Below, piece after piece: positions 1-11,575 of a DNA stretch of 35,882 nucleotides (its first letter is position 1; each line of letters begins with the position of its first letter). Made by a program: the position numbers and the translations under genes. The notes beneath the pieces were generated by a model, which saw nothing but the letters and a program-made list of their open reading frames with translations, was not told the DNA's origin and did no database searches. Source of the DNA: Octopus sinensis (taxonomy: Eukaryota); contig NW_021828039.1 of NCBI RefSeq assembly GCF_006345805.1, positions 1-35,882 on the forward strand. The letters run 5' to 3'.

Positions 1-129
1 CTTATCTCATGGCTATGATGCTCCGCTATTTGAACGAGTAAGGACTTATTTAACCATCAGGTATTTCCAAGTAAAGAAATATACGATAAGGTTTGAATAC
101 TCTCTCTTTTGTTTTTGATCCAAGCATGC

Positions 130-1073
130 ATGCTTCTACTCTGGAGATTTTCCCCTCAAAGATGACCAACGTTCTAGTCGACTTACTGAAGTTGATAATG
201 ACCGAATGAAAGCCATAAGTTTGTAGAGAGGTTCAATGTATCGCACACAACAACTGAAAATCACTTAAAATGTAATGTCTTAAACTCGTTAAGAGGTTCG
301 ATATTTGGGCTCCATATAAATTGAAAGAGTTTCACTTAACACAAGGAATCAATATTTGCGATATGCATCTCAACGCAATGAAATCGACCTTTTTTTGAAA
401 CGAATCATCACCGGTGATGAAAAATGGATTGTCTACAATAACATCAATCGAAAATGATCATGGGTCAAGCGTAATTAACCAGCACAAACCACACCGAAAG
501 CTGAATTGCATAAAAAAAGGTCATGCTGTAAATTTCGTGGGATTACAAATGTGCGTATTTTGAGCTGCTTCCAAGAAACCAAACGGTCAATTCAGATGTT
601 TACTGTCAACAACTAATGAAACTGGAGGAAACAATCAAACAAAAACCGACCAGAAGTGGCAAATTGTAAAGGAATCGTATTCCATCATGACAACGCTAGA
701 CCACGCACGTCTTTGCTACTTCGTGAAAAATTAGAGGAGCTTGGTCAGGAAATGATGTGACAGCCACCCTATAGCCCTGACCTTGTACCATCAAATAATC
801 ATTTATTTCGAAGTTTGCAAAATTTTTTTGAATGGTAAAACTTTCAATAGTAATGGTGACCTGAAATCGCACTTGCGATAAGGACCAGGAGTTCTATGAG
901 TGCAGAATCATGAAGTTTCCAGAAAGATGACAAAATGTCATCGAACAAAATGGAAAATATACAATTGATTAAAGTTCATTCTTTGTATGAAAAAAAAATT
1001 GCTTTATTTCGCACACACCACAAAAAAAACAAAAAAAAAAAACAAACCGAAATTGCTTTTTGGCCAACACAAT
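130..1073 (+). mobile_element. Decayed, 5'-truncated mariner (Tc1/mariner) transposon: transposase pseudogene plus 3' TIR
   Basis: Manual translation gives SGDFPLKDDQRSSR (~140-181), a WAPYKL motif (WVPHEL-like), IITGDEKW (DEKW 416-427), HHDNARP (683-703) and QPPYSPDLVPSNNHLF (761-808; third catalytic D appears as N). Stops (e.g. 758-760) and frameshifts are present. A mariner-type 3' TIR (aaaccgaaattgctttttggccaacacaat, ~1044-1073) runs into (TA)n. Confidence 0.93.
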
Positions 1074-1113
1074 ATATATATATATTATATATATATATAT
1101 ATATCTAATATAT

Positions 1114-1145
<32 letters not shown>

Positions 1146-1417
1146 ATATGTAATATATATTATATATATATATATATATATGTGTATATATATATATATA
1201 TATACACGATGAATACATATACGTAATATAAGCGCACGGTCACACTGGTGATAAACTGAGATTGTGAATCTATGCAAATATATATTGATGTAACTGTTTC
1301 TATTTGTGTATCCTTATCTCTGTACACACACACATGCACACACACATACACACACACATGCATGCACACACATACGCACACACACACACAATATATATAC
1401 GTATCTACAATTTATAA

Positions 1418-1460
<43 letters not shown>

Positions 1461-1470
1461 AATCAACGTA
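1072..1470. repeat. (TA)n, (CA)n-like and (TATC)n microsatellite cluster
   Basis: Directly visible tandem repeats at ~1072-1205, ~1324-1390 and ~1417-1460. Confidence 0.95.
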
Positions 1471-1766
1471 CCTGTCTGTCTGTCTTTGTGTGTCATTTGT
1501 GTGATCGTGTGTGCATAGCATTTAGCTACCTCTAATGGAAGGCATAACATTTCTGTATTAATATGCATGAGTAAAGCATATTAATTAAAAATACATAGAA
1601 GCACAATATAAACTTCAAGGCTGACACGCCTTACGCATTTGCACCTCTGATTAACACGAGCACGGTAATATGCGCTTGTCTATCATCTAGATTTCTCCGC
1701 CAACGGTAAGTGTAGAAAAACAACGTTGGCAGGTGAAAACTCACGTATAAGCAATTAAAACGATAA

Positions 1767-1773
1767 ATAATAA

Positions 1774-1836
<63 letters not shown>

Positions 1837-1875
1837 GTAATAATAACAACAACAACAATAATAATAATAATAATA
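1767..1875. repeat. (AAT)n trinucleotide microsatellite
   Basis: Directly visible; source of the poly-N/L/Y pseudo-ORFs. Confidence 0.97.
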
Positions 1876-2504
1876 AAGAATTGAAAAATAGACAAAAATA
1901 TAAAAATTATATAAAAGAAAACACCCTTCTCTTTTGCTCATCCGATCATTACATACATACATACATACAAACATACATCAAACGTACATATATATATACA
2001 CTACATATGCAAATATGCACACCTACACATACATGTAAGTGTATATACTTATACATACATAAGCATGTATGTGTGCATATATACATATATATATGCATGT
2101 ATATATATATATATATATATATAATCTATATATATATATATATATATAATATATATAGATTATATATACGTATATATATATATATACACCATATATGGTG
2201 TAGGTGGGTGATTGTGCGTGCATGTGTGTGTATGTAAATATATATATAAATGCATGCATATATAAGTATGTATGTATGTATGTATGTTTGTGTAATTTTC
2301 ATTACACAAAATGGCCGTGAAGAAACCTAAATGTAGTTATTATGTGGGCTGACTTCCTGAAACTTGTGTGAACAATTGTATGAGAGAGGAAATAAAGAAT
2401 GCCAAGATTTAAACATCAAAGTAGCCGCTACTGGTATCATTTCTCAGACAACAAGAGACGTGGAGAAACGAGAACAAACAAATAAATATTTAAATAAATA
2501 AATA

Positions 2505-2589
2505 ATAATGTTAATGATAATGATAATGACAATAATGATGATTTTTTAGTAACAACAACAAGAGCAACAGCAATAATAATAATAATATA

Positions 2590-2635
<46 letters not shown>

Positions 2636-2722
2636 TGATATAATAATAATAATAATGATAATAATAATCATAATAATAATAATAATAATAATGATAATAA
2701 TAATAATAATAATGATAATAAT
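2505..2722. repeat. Compound (AAT)n/(GAT)n/(AAC)n microsatellite
   Basis: Directly visible. Confidence 0.95.
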
Positions 2723-3365
2723 ACAATCAGACACAAGCATAGAGAATAAATGAATGCCCGTTATATTCGGAAGATTTTACAGACAGGCGTAGAAAATAAA
2801 CCTTTCGTATATTCATTGTTCGTGAGGTAGGCGGTAGTAAAATGAAAAATAAAAAGTGAGAAAAAAATACTCCGAAAATAATATAGAAAGGCACAGACAC
2901 GGAGATGAGAGAGGAGAAAGGAGAGAGAGGGAGAGCGGGTGAAGGTTATAGGCGGAAAGCTATTTGTGAATCTATTGATTGTTCTTTAGGGGGTTGTGTG
3001 CACGAAATTAGAGTCTTTTGTGTGAGTGAGGTAAGCTTCGGTTTTAAGTATTACATTGGGTAGCATTAACACCTTGCTTTAGCGCAGTGGATCCTAACGG
3101 GATAAGCAGAGGAGCGGAGAGGGTGAGGGTACACGCAAAATACACACGTGCACTGGCACTCGCTTACATATACAGGCACGTATTAAAAAAGACGACATAA
3201 TCACACGTACGCGCGCGCGGCAACATACGCATAAACACACACACACCACACACTCTCACACACGCACACAAGCTATACAGACACGACGCACACGTACGCA
3301 CATAGGACGTAGCACCTTTGCAAAGCACAAATAGATACGAGCATGTATACACGCGTGGGTCTGCA

Positions 3366-3379
3366 TGAATGTATGTATG

Positions 3380-3413
<34 letters not shown>

Positions 3414-3538
3414 TGTATGTATGTATGTATGTATGTCTGCATACATGTATGTATGTATGTATGTATGTATGATGTCTTTGTGTGTGTATGTGTGTGCCTA
3501 TATGTCTGCTTTGAATCGTTAATACATATGCATAGACA

Positions 3539-3620
<82 letters not shown>

Positions 3621-3950
3621 CCTGTGTCTGTCTGTCCACACGCACACACTCTCTCTCTTTCACGCATGCATACATATCTATCTATATGCATGTTAATAGA
3701 AATAAATATCCTTCAAATACAGCGGGTGCAAAAAGGTTCGTGCAAGCAAAGTTTTGTTGATTGCTCAATATGCTTATTTGTCATCATCGTCATCGTCGCC
3801 GTCATCATCATCATCGTCGTCGTCGTCGTCATCATCATCATCATCATCATCATCATCACTAGCATCACTATACCTCCTCCTCATCTTCCTCTCCTCCCCT
3901 CCTCTTATGTATGTAGTTATATATGTGTTTGTGTGTGTGTGTATATATAC

Positions 3951-4000
<50 letters not shown>

Positions 4001-4010
4001 CGTATATAAT
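3366..4010. repeat. Compound microsatellite block: (GTAT)n, (TATC)n, (CAT/CGT)n, (TA)n
   Basis: Directly visible successive arrays; explains ORFs 3369-4097, 3754-4014 and 3774-4106. Confidence 0.95.
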
Positions 4011-4432
4011 ATAAATTTTCTTTATGTATACATATATACACACACACGTGCACGTACACACAATCACAAGAGCATGTACACATATAATTACAATTAAACA
4101 GAGCAAACGACCTGGTGTGTGTGTGAATAGGGAGAGAGGGTGCGGGGAACAAGTTTACTTAATCATTACAAGTCGTAGCTGGTACCCTGAGCACGACCGT
4201 GGCAAGGGTGGGGTTCTACCCAGGGCAACAATAACGACTTTGGGCGGTTGTAAATTAAATCGCAGCACTTTTTCGCATCACTTATTAAAGATCTTGCAAT
4301 CAAAAGAACACAAAAATAACAAAAAAAATTACAAGAAATTCATTTGCACAATTTATAGACTGATAAACAAGCGTCACAGATTCATTCGTTTCTGTCCCAC
4401 CTTCCCTCTCTCCCCTTCTTTGTCTCTTACAT

Positions 4433-4506
<74 letters not shown>

Positions 4507-4599
4507 TATATATATGTATGTATGTATGCGTTATGTGTGTGTGTGTTGTATATATATATATCTAAAATAATAAATCCCCCCCCAAAAAAAAATACGAAG

Positions 4600-4797
4600 A
4601 ACAGATACAAGAAAAAAACAATTACGTGAGGACGTGGTACATGCAAAGTATTAGCAGACGCTCAGGGAAGGAAAGAAAGGTGGTTTAACGTTTCGAGCAA
4701 AGCTCTTCTTCAGAAACAGGAGACAGAGGAAATTCCAAGATACAAGGAAGACGGAGAAAAAAATCGTCAACGATTCACATATAGTAACATTTTGAAA
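4600..4797 (-). mobile_element. Short PLE-terminal-repeat-like element (family H1) carrying a hammerhead motif
   Basis: Shares the 'aacgtttcgagc...gctc/ttt...cagaaa' block with 6400-6593 and the inverted copy at 17356-17509. Adjacent to (TA)n. PLE origin is inferred from the hammerhead architecture. Confidence 0.65.
4683..4717 (-). ncRNA. Minimal type I hammerhead ribozyme motif (probably dimer-dependent)
   Basis: Minus strand reads GUUU-CUGAAGA-A-GAGC-UUU-GCUC-GAAAC-GUU-AAAC: 4-bp stem I (GUUU/AAAC), intact CUGANGA and GAAA core, one extra A, 4-bp stem II, loopless palindromic stem III (AACGUU), GUU triplet. Confidence 0.72.
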
Positions 4798-4915
4798 TAT
4801 ATATATATATATTATATATAATATATATATATATATATATACCAGAGTAAGCCCATGAATGTGAAACAAGGTGGGAAAAAATAGTACTCGAATACCTGAG
4901 GTAGAGTAATATGCC

Positions 4916-4988
4916 TTATTATTAAAGCTGCAAAAACATCACAAAAATCTGCGAGTTTTTGCGATATTTTAACGATACTTTTGCAGCT

Positions 4989-4998
<10 letters not shown>
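4916..4998. repeat. Inverted repeat (20-bp perfect arms, 43-nt spacer with nested hairpin)
   Basis: ttattattaaagctgcaaaa (4916-4935) / ttttgcagctttaataataa (4979-4998); inner atcacaaaaa/tttttgcgat pairing. Confidence 0.85.
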
Positions 4999-5034
<36 letters not shown>

Positions 5035-6200
5035 TGATGATGATGATGAATATGTATATATATATATATATAAGTATATATGTGTGTGTGTATATATATG
5101 AATATATGCATGTGCACGCGTGTGTGCATGGGTTTCTATATGTTTTGTGTGTGTGTATATGAGTTTGGTTACTATATTATTTGCATCTATACCCTTTATA
5201 AAGTTTTTCTTATCTATTTACTTATTTACCCAAATTTCTTATATTTCATCATTAGTATGTGTACGTGTGTCTTTTGTGTGTATACACGGTTCTATTTAAT
5301 AAATATATGAATATATATATATATACATACACGCATATATATACATACACGCATAAATATCTACTACGTACTTTCACACACACACACACACACACACACA
5401 TAAAAGATCGGATGCTGTTAATAATTATCTTGCCAGTGAATTTAAAAATACACTCGTAGCTGGCATCGTCAGACTGAACCTAATAACTTTTCCATCGTTT
5501 AAGCGATTAGTTGGAGATAAAAATATATCAATTCTGAAACATAAAGATATAGATTGCGTTTCGTGAGCAGTATTAACAATTGCTCTAGTTAGGTCCTATA
5601 ATGCTTATACAACACTTCACTGAGCCTTTCCACCATATTGGCATGATTCACTGACAAGCCAAGGTAAGATACTTATGTCAATAGGGATTGGAGATTATCT
5701 GAAGATCATATCGCACATCATCTTCAAGTGACATTGAACATTTTCAAAATGGGTAAAGCCATTCGCTGCATCGACCATATTATCATTTGTGTAACCCTGA
5801 GTCAGGGCGATTGTCAGTGCTACTGGTTACGTGTAAACCGCACAAATTGTTTTCTCGTCGGGTCGCTGGTAATTAAGCTGACATCCTTTTCAAGCATTCC
5901 CTTTGAAAATTGTTGCCGGGCAACAAGTGACAAAACAAACTATTTAGTAATTGGATTGATAGATTCAGAAGGGAACCAATGATTAGCTACCAATACAGTA
6001 AAGACTAATAATTTCCGGATCGGTGTTTGGCACGCTACAAGACTACTGGGTATGAAGCTTTACCAAATTTCGATTGAATCATTTCTGGATCCAAGTACTG
6101 AAATTGTAATGATTCTAGAGGGAAATTTGGCGGATGGCCCTAGGTTTGTGTTTGCTGCCAACGTCCGTCTTCATTATTTTGAATTACACACACACGCGCA

Positions 6201-6323
<123 letters not shown>

Positions 6324-6399
6324 TGAGGGATTAAGAGCGAAATAGATCAATATATATGTATACATATATACGTATATATTTATATATATATATGTATAT

Positions 6400-6593
6400 A
6401 GGAAGAATTCACAAAAACCCCCAAAACGAAGAGAGGTAGTGTAAACAACAAACAGATATATTAGTATAACGCTCGGGAAGTGAAAAAGTCTTTAACGTTT
6501 CGAGCCTACGCTTTTCCACAGAAAGGAACACAGAAAGAAACAAGGAGAGAAAATAAAGAATGTGTAGTGGCTAGGGATCTATCATGGCGAAAG
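6400..6593 (-). mobile_element. Family H1 PLE-terminal-like element with degenerate hammerhead (6490-6525)
   Basis: Minus strand CUUU-CUGUGGA-A-AAGC-GUAG-GCUC-GAAAC-GUU-AAAG: core mutated, stem I CUUU/AAAG intact. (TA)n on both sides. Confidence 0.65.
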
Positions 6594-7170
6594 TATATAT
6601 ATATATATATATATTCATACAACATATATGCACACACATATATGTATGCACATACATGATAGCATATTGAAAATTGAATTCAAAGTTTCGCGTGTGACCG
6701 TCGATTACGCAATGCAGTACATCGAATACTTACATAAGCTCACACATGCAAACACACACATTTATATAACATGGCATACATCATTTATTTATATGTAAAT
6801 ATATGCATACATTTATATGTAAATATATGCATACAAACACCAACGCAGAAACACGAGTGTGTTGACTCTGGATGTTTATAGTCTGCGAAACTGATTCGCA
6901 AAATACTTTTCAAAGTTACTGATGGTTTAATTAAGTTTACCTTTAAACCATAAACAAACTTTGGAATCTATAATTAAATCGTATTAAATCAATGAATTTA
7001 AGATGTATGTGTCGTATAATGAATCCTGATTTCGTTTAGGCTTTGAAATCTTCAATCTATCGCTTTAATCATTTTATTTCTCTTGAGAATTAAAGTTTCC
7101 TAAGAATTTATTCGGAAGAAATCCTATCAATTGAAAATACAATTTGTTGCCAACAAGTAACAGAATGCCT

Positions 7171-7510
7171 TATAGCCTATAAAAAGGATGACACTAATCA
7201 CAATAGATCTGGATAATTTATAAGAAAGTCACTATCAACTTGTAAAGCGATAAGAGTTGAATTCGAATATATTTGGTTATCCTAGCGTCTGATGAAATTA
7301 CGAAATCGTACACGATCTATCAAATTGTTGTATGTGTCTACGTCAATATATATAAGCTCTTGATGAGCTTTTGATAAACTCTTGAAACCGGTTGGAATGT
7401 AAAAAGATTTAATATACCTAAATGAAATACTATACCAGGTTTTTGTCTTTTAACTTTTCTAAGAAAATAATTACAAGTGTTTTAACTTTATTGCGCATTT
7501 TCACCCCACC
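7171..7510 (+). repeat. Copy 1 of a ~340-bp direct repeat (copy 2 at 8700-9030)
   Basis: Starts tatagcctataaaaagga...; first ~135 bp differ from copy 2 at about 8 positions by eye; distal half diverged with indels. Confidence 0.9.
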
Positions 7511-7704
7511 CCAAATATATGTGTGTGTGCGTCTGTATGTGTTATGCATTTATATGTATGTCTGTGGTTCTTTTCTAGTGATTAATTTCATAATGTAGTG
7601 ATGTATACAAACAATTTCAAAGCATTTTTTACTTTGCTCTTAGGAACCAATTTTGACATTGACTTCTCATTGATTTTCCTAATCGTTTTATAATTTCATT
7701 TTCA

Positions 7705-7912
7705 GAAATATTAAATCGACCCCAATACATGAATTGTACTTTATTTTATCGACTCCCGTGATTAATTAGTATTTTATCTTATAAATCTCCCGGAAAACAG
7801 AAAGGTAAATTTGGTCCTGGTAGGATTTGAACCCAGACCGTAAAGAGCCGTAACCAAAGTGCGTTTAGTATTTATTTTGTGCAAGGGTCTGTTGATTTTG
7901 CCAATCAACGGC
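7705..7912 (-). mobile_element. Old, degenerate tRNA-derived SINE (family A)
   Basis: Residual similarity (atcgaccccaata..., gaaaggtaaa..., ggatttgaacccaga) to the copies at 31261-31497 and 15756-16554. Confidence 0.6.
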
Positions 7913-8110
7913 GTTACATTTGACTAGAAAGAACCTATCATACCATATTTTAGTCAGGTCAGCTAATGATTTCTTAATCACATTAACGACCTTACTCCTA
8001 AGTCAACGAAAGACCCTCTAACTGGTCGCATGAGATACTAGAAATAGCAGCCATATTTTCCCAAAGTTCACACCATACAATTTTTTAAAACGACGTGCAT
8101 AGACAACCTA

Positions 8111-8532
8111 GGGATCTTTTCGGTTTGAACGGCAGTTTTTTTCTAGCGGTGTCATATGAAATTGTAACCCATAATTATGACCCTAGTATCGATCTATTGC
8201 ATTTCAATCTGTTTTAGGGTTAGGGTTAGGGGTGGGGGGAAGGGTATCTTCTTTTCTTCACAAATGTAAATAAACCCAATCTGTTTCTTAAACGAGGGAC
8301 ATATTCATACGATACAGAATGTTTTTTTTACCTCAATAGACGTCACTGACTAGTTGAAATTGCAGAAATTGAAGAAAAAAAAGAACAAATATCTTACAAA
8401 CTATAGAATTTTCTCAATAAAGCCAAGAGAAAAAGATGTTTTATAAAGACATTATACCAGTATACGAAGTTTAAAATTTTTTAGTTACCTAGAAATTATA
8501 TTAAAAACTGCCGTTCAAACCGAAAAGATCCC
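8111..8532. mobile_element. 422-bp non-autonomous DNA transposon (MITE) with 30-bp perfect TIRs
   Basis: gggatcttttcggtttgaacggcagttttt (8111-8140) is the exact reverse complement of 8503-8532. No ORF. Internal (TTAGGG)3 at 8214-8231. No clear TSD. Confidence 0.88.
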
Positions 8533-8699
8533 AATATGGTCCCTGGTTAGCAAAATGAGTTGATGGTTTTGGTCAACTCATTGGGCCGATTGAGAACCAA
8601 GCAGTGGCAGAAAAAAATCAGGTCTTCAAACATGGTTGCAATACTTCAGTAATATTCAGTTATCCATGATATGGACAACTATAAGGTCGTAGAAAGCTC

Positions 8700-9030
8700 T
8701 ATAGCCTATAAAAAGGACGACACTAATCACGATAGATCTGGATAATTTATAAGAAAGTCACTATCAACTTGTAAAGCGATAACAGTTCAATTCGAATATA
8801 TTTCGATATCCTAGCAGCTGATGAAATTACGAAATTTATACAACGATCTATCAAATTGTGTATGCCTATGTAAAATATATATAATATATCAGCTTTTGAT
8901 AAACTCTTGATCAGCAAAATCTGCTGGAATGTAAAAGAATTAAATTTACCTAATGAAATACATCCGTTTTATGTCTTCATTTTTCTAAGATTACAAGATT
9001 TTAAACTTAATAGTGCATTTTCCGCCTACT
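8700..9030 (+). repeat. Copy 2 of the ~340-bp direct repeat
   Basis: Aligns by eye to 7171-7510 at an offset of ~1529 bp. Confidence 0.9.
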
Positions 9031-9735
9031 CACCCACACACACACACATGAAGAGTGACATGAGTTCGAATGATGTTCATACTCAAAATGAATGACAGAA
9101 TGACAGGTTTAATGTATCACACAGCTTGATACCACCATCAGATGGTTGAGTACCTTTAGTAGAATTCACTGTTGCAAGCATTCAGGTTGGGTCTCAACTA
9201 TGAAGATAAATTCTTGCCTTCCTCCGGCAGTCTCGGAAGAACTGGAATATAGTGGCATAGGAACTGCTTCTCTCATTAAATCTAGATTTTTCTTACAAAT
9301 AAGAATTTATACATCTCAATCAACTTTCTTATGAACTCTTGTTCAATTTCTCTTTCCTAGATATTAGTTATTTGTTAAAACGAACAAAAGAAACTATATA
9401 TATATATGTGTGTGTGCGTAAAATAACAGTATTGAAAAAATCATTGGTTTTATATATATAGCGTGATGTCACGCTTGATTTAGACAGTGGCACCTACAGA
9501 CCGAACCGCAAACCGAATGATAGACTATCATAAATTAATACATCCATACATAACAAACGCACGAATATAGTCACATAAACCCATACATATAGACACAGTA
9601 AACACGCACACAAGGAGACAGAGGTACACACACACAAATACATACAGACAAACTCACACGCACACATGCATATATGCATACACATACATGCATATACACA
9701 CAAATACATACATGCATACATACATACATACTACA

Positions 9736-9766
<31 letters not shown>

Positions 9767-9991
9767 GTGTATACCTATGTACACTGACGCACACACGTGC
9801 GCACAAACAAATAAACAAGCAAAAAGAATGTAGCTCTAATAACGAGCGGAGTTGCGGAGTTAAGGTTGCAAGACAGAACGAAAATTTTAGAAAAAAATAA
9901 GTAAATAGTGGAAATCAAACTGGTGAGTGTATTAAATTATAAGGCACTAAAAGAGAATGACTCCCCAGACACAATAATATATATATATATA

Positions 9992-10248
9992 TATATAGTT
10001 ACAACTGTAACTATATAGCGTTACAACTATGATGTTGTTGGTAAAACATGTTCTTTGTCTATCTCCTTATCCTCTTGAAGATTTTGGGTAAAATTATACT
10101 AACGTGTCCTTCTGATTTAATTAAATTCTATGTCTTTGTGCCAGCTGAAGATTGCTCTACATTTTAAATTGATGTATTGTTCAATTAAACGGAGTCGCAT
10201 GAAACGATCGTACTGCATTACCTCTGGATATCCTTGTTGCTTATTTTG
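9992..10248 (+). mobile_element. PLE 3'-terminal fragment (family H2) with 5' mini fold-back and hammerhead motif
   Basis: (TA)n on both sides; begins with palindrome tatatagttaca-ac-tgtaactatata (9992-10017); shares the atgaaacgatcgta motif with 19765-19826 and 22671-22882. Confidence 0.65.
10142..10215 (+). ncRNA. Minimal type I hammerhead ribozyme motif (near-intact)
   Basis: CAG-CUGAAGA-UUGC...GCAU-GAAAC-GAUC-GUA-CUG: stem I CAG/CUG, intact core, stem II with a U-U mismatch at the first pair, palindromic stem III ACGAUCGU, GUA triplet. Confidence 0.68.
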
Positions 10249-10281
<33 letters not shown>

Positions 10282-10403
10282 ATATACATATATATCTGTA
10301 TATCTATATATCTATATCTGTATATATATATATATATATATAGATATATATATATATATATATATATAGATATATATATATATATATATAATATATATAT
10401 ATA

Positions 10404-11544
10404 ATAGAAAAAACTACAGAAGGGTTGTTTTAAAAGGTTAAAAAATATATTTGAGTCATTATGTCAGAAGAATGTTATAAAATGTTTTCATACAGTGACA
10501 TAGTTTTTGAAGAAATTACCGGTTTCGTGTTAACTTTTCAAATATCTCAAAACATCGTGTTATGTCTTCGTTATGAAGTGCAAAGAGGAGTTCCAGGTAG
10601 GGGGAGGTAATAAGCGATTTTTTCCGGTATAAGGGAGATAATCGCTTTATATTTCTTTTCCCTTTTATTTAATGGGGTGAATTTCTCTGTATAAGAATGT
10701 TAGAGTGGTTAAGTTTGGGCTTATATTTTTCAATGAAGAATGTTTCCTTGTTTAGTCTAATTTGTGTTGGTGTTCCAATTGCACATTGATAAAATGGAAA
10801 TATTAAACGTTGTGGTAGTAGTTGCTTTGCGCATTTCTCAATATGCTCACTAAAGGGTATCATTCTGTATTCTGGGAATGCAATCCGTTGTCGATGCAGA
10901 GTGCTTCTACGTCTGAGTGATAGTCCCGTGAACCCCACGTAGTTTTGGTGGCAGCCCGAACATCTTATGACATAAATTATGTTTTCAGAATCACAAGTAA
11001 AATTAGATTTGATCTTGAATTTTTGCCCCTCTTTGAAGAGGAATTCTGATCCTTCTAGAAGGTTTGGGCATGTTGCGCAGTTTGGTCTACCACATTTTTT
11101 TACTTTTGCATCCGTAATTTCAGAAAACAATTTTGCCTTTGTGAGAATCTTTTTAAGTGATTTAGGTTGTTTGTAGCTTTTAATGATTTTATGTATGTTT
11201 AGAATTTCCTTTAATTTGGGGTTCTTATGAAGTATTGGTAAATTCTGGGTGATGATGGTGAAGGCTTCTTTGTTTCTGGTGTTGTATGTGGATATGTAAG
11301 GCAGTATCTTCGGGGAAGGTGTGTTGTTGTGTTGAACTTTTCTCAAAGTTTCTATGTCGATTTCTGTTGCACGTCTGATCCCATCCTCTATGATCAGACG
11401 TGCAACAGAAATCGACATAGAAACTTTGAGAAAAGTTCAACACAACAACACACCTTCCCTTAAAATACTGCCTTACATATCCACATACAACCCCAGAAAC
11501 AAAGAAGCCTTCACCATCATCACCCAGAATTTACCAATACTTCA
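10404..11544 (-). mobile_element. 5'-truncated Penelope-like retroelement with inverted 5' duplication, inserted in (TA)n
   Basis: GIY-YIG ORF on minus; inverted arms 11228-11380 / 11392-11544; (TA)n on both flanks (~10249-10403 and 11545-11571); partial hammerhead half GAAACCGGUA at 10517-10526 (minus) in the 3' region. Confidence 0.92.
10669..11391 (-). CDS. PLE ORF C-terminal fragment: RT thumb end, Cys-rich linker and GIY-YIG endonuclease (no true start codon)
   Basis: LPYISTYNTRN; KKCGRPNCATC (CxxxxCxxC); FTCDSENIIYVIRCSGCHQNYVGFTGLSLRRRSTLH; RLNKETFFIEKYKPKLN. This is the typical PLE GIY-YIG pattern, with no stops for ~240 codons. The ORF-track start (11418) lies inside the inverted copy and is an artefact. 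Confidence 0.93.
   Translation of the reverse strand: MEDGIRRATEIDIETLRKVQHNNTPSPKILPYISTYNTRNKEAFTIITQNLPILHKNPKLKEILNIHKIIKSYKQPKSLKKILTKAKLFSEITDAKVKKCGRPNCATCPNLLEGSEFLFKEGQKFKIKSNFTCDSENIIYVIRCSGCHQNYVGFTGLSLRRRSTLHRQRIAFPEYRMIPFSEHIEKCAKQLLPQRLIFPFYQCAIGTPTQIRLNKETFFIEKYKPKLNHSNILIQRNSPH

Positions 11545-11575
<31 letters not shown>

Noticed and set aside
2988-3030. Possible 43-nt exon (tctttag|...gag|gtaagc)
   Set aside because: Splice-like signals of this quality arise by chance; the peptide is unrecognisable and no partner exons were found.
5461-6170. Unique ~700-bp stretch with short ORFs (5728-5982, 6052-6300) and a gtaag donor at ~5664
   Set aside because: No recognisable protein motif on either strand by manual translation and no convincing acceptor/donor pair.
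7289-7310. ctgatga-aattac-gaaa-tc-gta as an intact hammerhead (also 8819)
   Set aside because: No plausible stem II and poor stem III; kept only as a possible decayed motif.
8554-8582. 10-bp hairpin aatgagttga/tcaactcatt
   Set aside because: Stem too short for a pre-miRNA and expected occasionally by chance in AT-rich DNA.
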